Shown in pieces: positions 16,342 to 23,378 of a stretch of DNA of 32,000 nt. Every line of letters starts with the position of its first letter. Within the stretch, counting starts at the first letter, position 1. This DNA comes from Geotalea uraniireducens Rf4 (lineage in GTDB: Bacteria > Desulfobacterota > Desulfuromonadia > Geobacterales > Geobacteraceae). Below the pieces are notes generated by a model, which worked only from the letters and a program-made list of their open reading frames with translations, had not been told where the DNA came from and ran no database searches. The stretch covers positions 3,840,001 through 3,872,000 of the forward strand of contig NC_009483.1 in NCBI RefSeq assembly GCF_000016745.1. The letters are read 5' to 3'. Both the position numbers and the translations under genes were made by a program.

Positions 16342-17694
16342 TCAGAAACTATACGTCACACCAAGCAGGGTAATTCTCGAAATCACTGCCGGGGCATCTT
16401 CATACCGGTATTCAAGGGTGACCTTCACATTCTGCAAAGGGGTATACGCAATGGCGGGGATATAACGACGCACGATGCCGACACCGTCATCCTGGTGCTC
16501 ATAGCGAAACAGACCGACGGCATTAACAGGCGAACCGAGGTAGTATTCCGCCTCGGAAGCCAGCACGACGGAATCCCTTTCAAGGGGAACCGTGGCGAAA
16601 TCCGGGTTGTCGTCCCGCCCTTTTACGCCGCTCAATTTGACTCTCAAACGTTTATACTGGAGGTCCATGTCGCCACCGGCGCGATAAAATCTGTTTTTGG
16701 TGAAGGTATCGGTGTCGTTGATGGTATTGCGACCGAAATAACCATATGTGCCGAACGTCACCGACAGATAGTCCCACACGCTGTCGCTGTCGAGGTCGAC
16801 CGCCGGTTCATTGCCCAGTAAATCGGAACCGCCTACCTTCACCGAAACATGACCATAACCTTCTTTTGCGTTTTGCCCCTTCCGGTCCACAATTCCGCCG
16901 GCGACAAACAGCCTTTTCCAGAGGACGACGTTGGCTTCAAGCGCATCCTGGCTTGATTCCAGGGTGAACGGCGAGCTCCCGACCCGGTACGACAGGGTAG
17001 CCAGGGAGGAGGCGGTCGTAACCTTGTTGTTTTTCTTCCAGAGGCTGAGCTTCGGTTCAAACCTGCCGAATTTCAGGTTTATGGGTGTATCCAGGATGTG
17101 GCGCCACTGCAGAAACAGTTCATGCAGGTTATTGGTGTCGGTGGTGCTGTCCGCATGCGTCGTCAACAGGTATGAGGCAAAAAATCCGAACTTGTCACGG
17201 AAGGCGCCGCCGGCTTGAAAAGCGAAAGTCCGGGTTGAAAAATCGAATTTGTCGCCATCAGCCGCATGCTCGTCATAGACGATGTTTTGCGTTGCCCGGA
17301 AGGAGAGGGGGAGCTGTTCTGGTATGCCGGCAAGCCAGAGTCCCTCGTTTCCTTTATTCTTCGGTTCCTGTGCCTGGTCGTTCTCAACCTTGGAAGTGGC
17401 TGCCTGGGCCTTTAATTTATCGAGCAATTCCGGGTCGCCTTCACCGGCAATGGCAGCGGCAGCAGCTGGAGATGCCGGAGCTTTCGCTTCGGAAGGCTTG
17501 ACCAGCGGAACATAGCTGTTTTTTTGGAAAGCATCCCCGTACTCGTTAAGTTCCGGATAAATTGTATGGCAGGTAGAGCATTCGGTTTTATGCTGACGAC
17601 TAAAAGCAGGAATTGCGTGCGCCTTACCGGCGCTCGTAAGCGTGAAAGCGCCGATCAGAAGCAAAACAAGCTTGATCGTGAATCGGCTTTGCAT
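16342..17694 (-). CDS. Fused monohaem cytochrome c / beta-barrel outer-membrane protein (Cyc2-like architecture)
   Basis: The track ORF starts at GTG 17712. I prefer ATG 17694, 6 nt after AGGAGG. The signal peptide is MQSRFTIKLVLLLIGAFTLTSAGKAHA. CSTCH (nt 17566..17580) begins at mature residue 12. It is followed by an Ala/Pro/Lys-rich linker and then ~340 aa with about 16 amphipathic beta-strand-like segments by eye. The C-terminus ...ITLLGVTYSF fits the BAM beta-signal. Confidence 0.85.
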   Translation of the reverse strand: MQSRFTIKLVLLLIGAFTLTSAGKAHAIPAFSRQHKTECSTCHTIYPELNEYGDAFQKNSYVPLVKPSEAKAPASPAAAAAIAGEGDPELLDKLKAQAATSKVENDQAQEPKNKGNEGLWLAGIPEQLPLSFRATQNIVYDEHAADGDKFDFSTRTFAFQAGGAFRDKFGFFASYLLTTHADSTTDTNNLHELFLQWRHILDTPINLKFGRFEPKLSLWKKNNKVTTASSLATLSYRVGSSPFTLESSQDALEANVVLWKRLFVAGGIVDRKGQNAKEGYGHVSVKVGGSDLLGNEPAVDLDSDSVWDYLSVTFGTYGYFGRNTINDTDTFTKNRFYRAGGDMDLQYKRLRVKLSGVKGRDDNPDFATVPLERDSVVLASEAEYYLGSPVNAVGLFRYEHQDDGVGIVRRYIPAIAYTPLQNVKVTLEYRYEDAPAVISRITLLGVTYSF

Positions 17695-17968
17695 GGATCC
17701 CCTCCTCTGCACATTTCTCAGTTATTCATCAAATTTGCATCGAATACGACGCTAAACGATCATCAATACATTTATGAAAATAATTACATATATTTAGTGC
17801 TTAACACGGTAAAATACTGGCTAGTATTACAATATTGAGCATATGAAGTCAACTTAACATAAATAAGTGCAAGATAATATTAGTAAGCCGATGAGCTTTC
17901 AGATATTTTTTTATACATTTTTGACGACATAAATGGTATAAGGCTCCTAATTAAAGGAGGGTGAGGGG
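17695..17968. promoter_or_regulatory. AT-rich divergent control region between the cytochrome-porin operon and the decahaem cytochrome gene
   Basis: This is 274 nt that looks AT-rich by eye (no count was made). There is an extended -10-like TGGTATAAG at 17934..17942, about 12 nt before the AGGAGG RBS (17955..17960) of the + strand gene. There is a palindrome AATACT-ggct-AGTATT at 17813..17828. On the minus strand there is TTGACT-17-TAATAC at about 17824..17852. None of these is individually decisive. Confidence 0.4.
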
Positions 17969-19750
17969 ATGAAAAATGGATTTTTCACATCATTAATTTT
18001 ACTTTCTCTGCTGATTGCAGTCATGACAGGTTGCGGCAGTGACAATTCAGGAAGCCAGACTGCACTTTCAACCTTTGCTGCCTCAGAAGCATGCATACGC
18101 TGTCATACGACAACTAATAATATTTCTCCGGTTACCGGCATGAACATTGTCGAGGAATGGAAGCTTTCCACCCACAATACCAGCAACGGAGCGAGTTGCA
18201 TTGACTGCCATGGGGAAGGAAACGGTCACCCGAACAGCTGCGGGGTCTGCCATGGCGGCTCTTCACCCGTATCAGCCGGATTCCATAACCCGGAACAGGC
18301 CGGTCTCTGTAACAATTGCCACGGCCCGAATCACCCGGACGACGTTATGATCCTCAATTCGCCGCAGCATTTCGGCAACATGACCGCTAGTTTGCCCAAC
18401 ATCAAGTATCGTGCATCCTTTGTCAGCTCACAATATGTGAGCAATTGCCGCAAATGCCATAATCCCCACAATCCCAGCAGCGCCATCGAGATCGCCCGTC
18501 AGTGGGCTGACAGCGGGCACGGCAACACTCTTGCCGGGGCAAGGACAGCTTACGACTTCAAGACACGCGGCACCTATGAACCAGTAAACCTGTCATTCCA
18601 AAATAATTGTGTTCGTTGTCACACCACGACCGGCTTCATCAACTTTGTCGCTTCAGGCTACAGTGACCAGAGACCGTTCGCAGGTCCACAGTACCCCGTA
18701 GTCCTGTATCCGTCAGTCTCAACCGACAAGACCAAAGAAGTTACCGGATGCAATGCCTGCCACGACGACGGCAAAGGGAACGCCTATAGCTATAAACTTA
18801 GGGCGCTTCCCCAGGTGCGGATCTATTACAACTACTCTTCGGCGAACACCTCACCAACGGTTAAGCTAAACAATATGCCGGTATATTTTCCCGACGCAGG
18901 CCCGTCCAACATATGCATCAGCTGTCATGCAGGGCGCGGCATCGGGCGAATGATCACTGTTGCAGCTGCCAACTTTTTCAACTTTAGTACAAGCACAAGC
19001 ATAAGCGCCCATGATTTCGCCGGCGCCGGAAATCTGTTCCAGCAGAGCGGCTATGAATATAGCGGACGGAGCTATACCTCATCCGCCTTCCTCCATGACG
19101 AGATCGGCTTCAACAACACCAACAGCACCGGCAGCCGCGGTCCCTGCATCACCTGCCACATGAAGAGTGACGAGTCGCACTCTTTTCTACCCGTGACATT
19201 CGATAATCAGCAGGCATCCGATCCGTCTGCCGTAGCAATCGCCGGCATCATCAGCCGTACCTGCTCCAAGTGCCACAACGGCGCCATCCAACCGGCATGG
19301 ACTGCGCAAACCCTTCAGGCGAGGCGAGCGGGATTTCAAGCTGCGCTAGCGATACTTAATGGAGTTCTAGCTCAAAAAAGAGGCAGCACGAAGACCTGGG
19401 AGAAACTTGACGGAGTTATCATAAAAGGAACAGGCCCCAACACCATGGGTGCCAACTTTAATTATGGATTGCTTAAAAATGATTGGGGCGCTTACGCCCA
19501 CAACGACCTCTATGCCAAGCGACTGATCTATGACTCACTTGACTGGCTTTACGACCGCGACTTGGTCTCGAAGACCAACACCGGTGGGTACGCGACTGAC
19601 GTGGAGGCAGCGATCAACGGTGTCACCACGGCAAAAAATCCGTGGAACAGTGCAGTAATATATTCGAGTCCACAGCTGGATGGACCGACCGGCCTGAAAG
19701 CTTTGGCTATCAACTACTTGCTCGGCGGGCCGGGAGGTAACCGTCCCTAG
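17969..19750 (+). CDS. Decahaem c-type cytochrome lipoprotein
   Basis: The ORF is 593 aa. Its lipoprotein signal is MKNGFFTSLILLSLLIAVMTGC. It has ten CxxCH motifs: CIRCH, CIDCH, CGVCH, CNNCH, CRKCH, CVRCH, CNACH, CISCH, CITCH and CSKCH. The last ~150 aa are haem-free. The RBS is strong. Confidence 0.9.
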   Translation: MKNGFFTSLILLSLLIAVMTGCGSDNSGSQTALSTFAASEACIRCHTTTNNISPVTGMNIVEEWKLSTHNTSNGASCIDCHGEGNGHPNSCGVCHGGSSPVSAGFHNPEQAGLCNNCHGPNHPDDVMILNSPQHFGNMTASLPNIKYRASFVSSQYVSNCRKCHNPHNPSSAIEIARQWADSGHGNTLAGARTAYDFKTRGTYEPVNLSFQNNCVRCHTTTGFINFVASGYSDQRPFAGPQYPVVLYPSVSTDKTKEVTGCNACHDDGKGNAYSYKLRALPQVRIYYNYSSANTSPTVKLNNMPVYFPDAGPSNICISCHAGRGIGRMITVAAANFFNFSTSTSISAHDFAGAGNLFQQSGYEYSGRSYTSSAFLHDEIGFNNTNSTGSRGPCITCHMKSDESHSFLPVTFDNQQASDPSAVAIAGIISRTCSKCHNGAIQPAWTAQTLQARRAGFQAALAILNGVLAQKRGSTKTWEKLDGVIIKGTGPNTMGANFNYGLLKNDWGAYAHNDLYAKRLIYDSLDWLYDRDLVSKTNTGGYATDVEAAINGVTTAKNPWNSAVIYSSPQLDGPTGLKALAINYLLGGPGGNRP

Positions 19751-19771
19751 CATCTCCTTCGTTTCAAGCAG

Positions 19772-19808
19772 AAAAGCCCATCCTTAAAAGGGGTGGGCTT
19801 TTTCTTTC
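19772..19808. terminator. Bidirectional rho-independent terminator shared by the convergent cytochrome gene and uup
   Basis: AAGCCCATCC (19774..19783) pairs with GGGTGGGCTT (19791..19800), giving a 10-bp stem with one G-U pair and a 7-nt loop. It is followed by TTTCTTTCC on the + strand and preceded by AAAA, which gives a U-tract on the minus strand. Confidence 0.75.
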
Positions 19809-19833
19809 CGGCAATATCTCAACAAGTTGAAGT

Positions 19834-21744
19834 TTACGCTTCTTTCTTCAGCTCCAGCTCCTCCCATCGTATATAACGTGCCGCCAGCTCCTGCTCTACC
19901 CTGGTATATTCGGCGGAGAGCCCTGCAATGCCACCATCAGCCTTCTCGTATTCGCGAGGATCTGCGAGCATTGCCTCAATAGACGTTTTCTGCTGTTCAA
20001 GCTCCTCGATCACCTTCTCCAGCTGCTCCAGTTCGAGCCGCTCGGCATAGGTGAGCCCTTTTTTCGGCTTCATCACATCGGAAGATGACTGGTTTTTTGC
20101 ACCCCGTCGCCCATCCTTCTGTGCCTCTGCCTTTTCTTCGCTCCGCACCTGCTCTCGGAGTTCCCGGTAGAAACTGTAATTCCCCTCGTAAAAAGTCGCC
20201 CGACCAGCCCCTTCGAAGGCGAGGATGCCGGTGGCCACCTTGTCGAGGAAAAAACGGTCGTGGGTCACCATCAGTACGCAGCCGGGAAAGTTTGCCAGTG
20301 ACTCGTCCAATAGCTGCAAGGTGGGAATATCCAGGTCGTTGGTCGGCTCATCCAGTATCAGCAGGTTGGCATCGAGAAGCATCAGCCTTGCCAGGATCAG
20401 GCGGCTTTTTTCCCCGCCGGAAAGGGTCTTGATCTTCCGCATCCGGTCCGAAGCAGAAAAAAGGAAATCCTCCAGGTAGCCGATCTTGTGGCGTTTCTCC
20501 TGGCCTGACTGGACGTAGTCCCCTTCACCGAGAAAATCGTAGATGGTTTCTTCCGGGTTGAGCACCTGCCGGGACTGGTCGAAATATGCAGTCCGGGTCT
20601 TTTTACCGACCACGACCGCCCCCGTATCAGGGCTCTCCTCACCCATGATCATCTTCAACAGGGTGGTTTTGCCGCAGCCATTGGGACCGATGATCCCGAC
20701 CCGGTCACCCCGCTTCATGCGAAAGGTAACATCGCTGAGGAGCTGCTTCGGTCCATAGGCTTTAGACAGGCCGGCAAATTCAAGGATGGTCCCACCCAGG
20801 GTTTCGTCGGTGGTGAAACCGATCCTGGTATCTTTAACGGACTGCACGACGTTTTTTCCCTGGAGGGTGTGATAACGGTCGATGCGCGCCTTCTGCTTTG
20901 TCGTCCGCGCCTTGGCGCCTCGGCGTATCCAGGCGGTTTCGACGCGCAGCAGGTTGAGGAGGCGCGAGCGGGAATGCTCTTCCTGAAGGAGCTGTTCCTC
21001 CTTCTGCTCAAGGTAGCGGCTATACCCGCCGCCATAGGAAAACATCTTCCCCTCGTCCAGCTCCAGCATCCGTGTTGCCACCTGATCAAGGAAGTAACGG
21101 TCATGGGTGATGAGCAGCACTGCGCCTGGATAGTTCTTCAAGTATTCCTGCAGCCACTGGGTGGTGTCCGCATCGAGATGGTTGGTCGGCTCGTCCAGAA
21201 GCAGCAGATCCGGCGCCTCCAGGAGCAGCCTGGCCAGGGCCACGCGCCGCTTCGTCCCGCCGGACAGTTCAGAAATCCGCTGGTTTCGGTCGGGCAACTG
21301 GAGATGGGTCATTATTTCGGAAACCCGGTAATCGGTATTCCAGCCGCCATGATGTTCTATCCAGCCGGAAAGCTCACCCTGTCTCGACAGGAGTCTCTCC
21401 ATGTCAGATGGATTGTCGGCCATCCTTGCGGAAAGCTCGTTGAATTCTTCCATGACCCGGCGGATTTCCTTCAACCCTCGTTCAATCTCTTCCGCCACAG
21501 TCAATTCGGGATCAAGCAGCGGTTCCTGGGAAAGATATCCGGTCGTGGCGCCGCGTTTCATGGCGACAGTGCCCCCTTCGCGGTCTTCCAGTCCGCCCAG
21601 GATCATCAGCATGGTCGATTTGCCCGCGCCATTCCTGCCGATCAGTCCGATCTTTTCATCTTCACCGACGGCAAAGGTGACGCAATCAAGGACTTTTCTT
21701 GCGCCAAAACTTTTTTCCAGTCCGACAACGTCTATAACATTCAT
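19834..21744 (-). CDS. uup: ABC-F family ATPase (Uup-like, two ABC domains plus a C-terminal coiled coil)
   Basis: The ORF is 636 aa. It has two Walker A sites (GRNGAGKST, GPNGCGKTT), two LSGG signatures and a Lys/Glu-rich coiled-coil tail. Its length and layout match E. coli Uup. Confidence 0.88.
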   Translation of the reverse strand: MNVIDVVGLEKSFGARKVLDCVTFAVGEDEKIGLIGRNGAGKSTMLMILGGLEDREGGTVAMKRGATTGYLSQEPLLDPELTVAEEIERGLKEIRRVMEEFNELSARMADNPSDMERLLSRQGELSGWIEHHGGWNTDYRVSEIMTHLQLPDRNQRISELSGGTKRRVALARLLLEAPDLLLLDEPTNHLDADTTQWLQEYLKNYPGAVLLITHDRYFLDQVATRMLELDEGKMFSYGGGYSRYLEQKEEQLLQEEHSRSRLLNLLRVETAWIRRGAKARTTKQKARIDRYHTLQGKNVVQSVKDTRIGFTTDETLGGTILEFAGLSKAYGPKQLLSDVTFRMKRGDRVGIIGPNGCGKTTLLKMIMGEESPDTGAVVVGKKTRTAYFDQSRQVLNPEETIYDFLGEGDYVQSGQEKRHKIGYLEDFLFSASDRMRKIKTLSGGEKSRLILARLMLLDANLLILDEPTNDLDIPTLQLLDESLANFPGCVLMVTHDRFFLDKVATGILAFEGAGRATFYEGNYSFYRELREQVRSEEKAEAQKDGRRGAKNQSSSDVMKPKKGLTYAERLELEQLEKVIEELEQQKTSIEAMLADPREYEKADGGIAGLSAEYTRVEQELAARYIRWEELELKKEA

Positions 21745-22238
21745 TTTTTCAATTCGCCCAGTAAATCACTGATTTGTTTGAGGTAAAAGGAGGGGCGGTA
21801 ACTCTCGGGAATCGCGTAGGTACCACTCTTGTCAAAGGGAACGGCAAGTGCTCCCACCGGTGTATCCAGGTCAAAACCAGCTTTGAGCTGATAGGGGATG
21901 TGGTTCGGGTCCGGCCGGCGTTTGAGTATCTCCACCATGTCATGGTAGGCGATTCTTACCGGCAGCCTCACGTCGGTGGTAGATTTACCCGGAAAATCCA
22001 CCAGCTCACGGGCGCCCCCCTTCGACAGCGGGACGGCCATGATCTTGAGATCATAGCTGTAGCCCAGCAGCTTCAGGTCGTAACTATTGGGATTTGTAAC
22101 CGAAAGATAAAATTCTATTGCGACTCCGCCTTCATCCAGGCCGGTTACGTTCACATCTTTTATCACTACTTCAGGATTTGCAACAAACAAGGAGCAGCCG
22201 GTCAGGAACATCAGACAGCAGAACAGCAGTTTTTTCAC
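21741..22238 (-). CDS. Lipoprotein with a LEA_2 / WHy (LEA14-like) domain
   Basis: The ORF is 165 aa with a GTG start after GGGAGAG. The lipobox is LMFLTGC. The sequence VVIKDVNVTGLDEGGVAIEFYLSVTNPNSYDLKLLGYSYDLKI is typical of the LEA_2 fold. Its stop overlaps the uup start (ATGA, 21741..21744). Confidence 0.75.
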   Translation of the reverse strand: MKKLLFCCLMFLTGCSLFVANPEVVIKDVNVTGLDEGGVAIEFYLSVTNPNSYDLKLLGYSYDLKIMAVPLSKGGARELVDFPGKSTTDVRLPVRIAYHDMVEILKRRPDPNHIPYQLKAGFDLDTPVGALAVPFDKSGTYAIPESYRPSFYLKQISDLLGELKK

Positions 22239-22262
22239 AAAATCTCTCCCGGAAACAAATGT

Positions 22263-22286
22263 GGCGGATCCCTCGTGGGACCCGCC
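22263..22286 (-). terminator. GC-rich hairpin between the transglycosylase and the LEA-lipoprotein gene (possible partial terminator or attenuator)
   Basis: GGCGGATCCC-tcgt-GGGACCCGCC has 9 of 10 positions paired. On the minus strand it is followed by ACATTTGTTTCC, only ~24 nt before the next gene's GTG. Confidence 0.35.
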
Positions 22287-22351
22287 TACAATAACACAAC
22301 CGTTTAACCGGCGACAATATATTCTATTTTCCGGATGGAAACCATATCCGG

Positions 22352-22999
22352 TTACGACGGACTTTCAGTCTTGTACCTTTTTATTTCCGCAGCCTGCGAT
22401 CCGGCTTTAGTCAATTCATCAAGGATTTCCCTCCTGAACTGGCGCCGTTTCACCTCATAGGCATTTGCTTCCGGTCCCACGCCGCAATAAAGTTTTTTTG
22501 CCCTCACAATGTTTCCGTTCGCCATTTCCAGCTTGCTCAGTAGTTCACGGACCGCGGCAGCCGCACATTTTTCATCGTCTTCCATGTCGTCAGGCGCATA
22601 ACCGTGGCTTTTCGCCCTGCTGGGCATCAACTGCCAGACCCCCAGCGCACCTTTATGCGACACGGCCCGGGCCGATAAGCCATGAGCGCCGGTTTCAGCA
22701 AGGGCAATCTCTGCAAGGTCCATCGGCATAAATGTGGTTCCCAATGTCTTAAGATAACAAAGAGCGGCAAGCCAACGGGCCCGCTGCGGCTCGGTCCTTC
22801 GGGCAAAGGCCGTAGCTATGGCCGGAACCTGGCGTTTTCTTTCCTCCAGATTTATCCCCTTTTCCATCACCCTGCGAATCTCGCGATCAAGCTCCGAATC
22901 CCCCACCTTCGCAGGTGCTTGGACCTGCTGGATATGAGCCTTGTCGCAGGATGCCCCCAGTAGCAGCATTACTGCCAAAATCAAAATAGTTTTTTTCAT
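22352..22999 (-). CDS. Lytic transglycosylase (SLT domain) lipoprotein
   Basis: The ORF is 215 aa with the lipobox LLLGASC. The SLT catalytic block is IALAETGAHGLSARAVSHKGALGVWQLMPSRA. No SD lies upstream of ATG 22999. Confidence 0.85.
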   Translation of the reverse strand: MKKTILILAVMLLLGASCDKAHIQQVQAPAKVGDSELDREIRRVMEKGINLEERKRQVPAIATAFARRTEPQRARWLAALCYLKTLGTTFMPMDLAEIALAETGAHGLSARAVSHKGALGVWQLMPSRAKSHGYAPDDMEDDEKCAAAAVRELLSKLEMANGNIVRAKKLYCGVGPEANAYEVKRRQFRREILDELTKAGSQAAEIKRYKTESPS

Positions 23000-23146
23000 A
23001 ATTAATTTTGTCGGTTTTATCAGGCTTTGCCGGCTGGTCCTTTTCGACCCTAAGAATTTCCAGTATCGTTTCCGGCTAAAATCTCCTTTCTATGAATTTG
23101 AAGCGCGCGTTCTTACCCTTTCGGGATGCCGCCCCATAGTTAGCAT

Positions 23147-23174
23147 ATTATAATTGAAAACTTTTTACTTGCAA
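23147..23174 (-). promoter_or_regulatory. Near-consensus sigma70 promoter TTGCAA-16-TATAAT for the transglycosylase gene
   Basis: The minus strand reads tgttggTTGCAAgtaaaaagttttcaatTATAATatgcta. The -10 box is perfect. It lies downstream of the trpB terminator and ~140 nt upstream of ATG 22999. Confidence 0.45.
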
Positions 23175-23206
23175 CCAACAATTTTTTACAAATGTCTGAA
23201 AACGCC

Positions 23207-23231
23207 AAAAGGACCCGATCGGGTCCTTTTT
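23207..23231. terminator. Perfect palindromic rho-independent terminator (trpB 3' end), bidirectional in form
   Basis: AAAAGGACCCGATCGGGTCCTTTT (23207..23230) is a perfect 24-nt palindrome. It has an 8-bp GC-rich stem (AGGACCCG) flanked by A and T tracts, ~150 nt after the trpB stop. Confidence 0.75.
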
Positions 23232-23378
23232 CCAACCTGCCATAAATTTGCAGGGTGACACCTTTATACATCAAAACAGCGTACAAGTCAAAGCATAAAC
23301 TTTGCTTCACCTTTAAATTCAACAAGTTACACAGGCACTACTTTAATTAAAGCAAAAAACACGGCAATTGCCGGCAGA

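Noticed and set aside
17873-17887. A Fur-box-like GATAATATTAGTAAG in the cytochrome control region, which would have suggested iron regulation.
   Set aside because: Only one good GATAAT hexamer is present, and the rest matches the 19-bp Fur consensus poorly. A match like this is easy to get by chance in such AT-rich DNA.
23023-23036. GCCGGCAAAGCC (minus strand), which resembles the ACGCAAAGCC core of GEMM-I c-di-GMP/cGAMP riboswitches common in Geobacter.
   Set aside because: The partner element (GGGCAAACC with the GNRA hairpin and receptor arrangement) is missing. I also checked the region upstream of the cytochrome genes (17695..17968), which has no GC-rich helices at all.
23140-23325. A 61-aa minus-strand ORF in the trpB-transglycosylase spacer.
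   Set aside because: It spans a promoter-like element, the perfect terminator palindrome and a second promoter. It has a TTG start without an RBS and an AT-rich, Lys/Leu-rich translation, so it is most likely non-coding.
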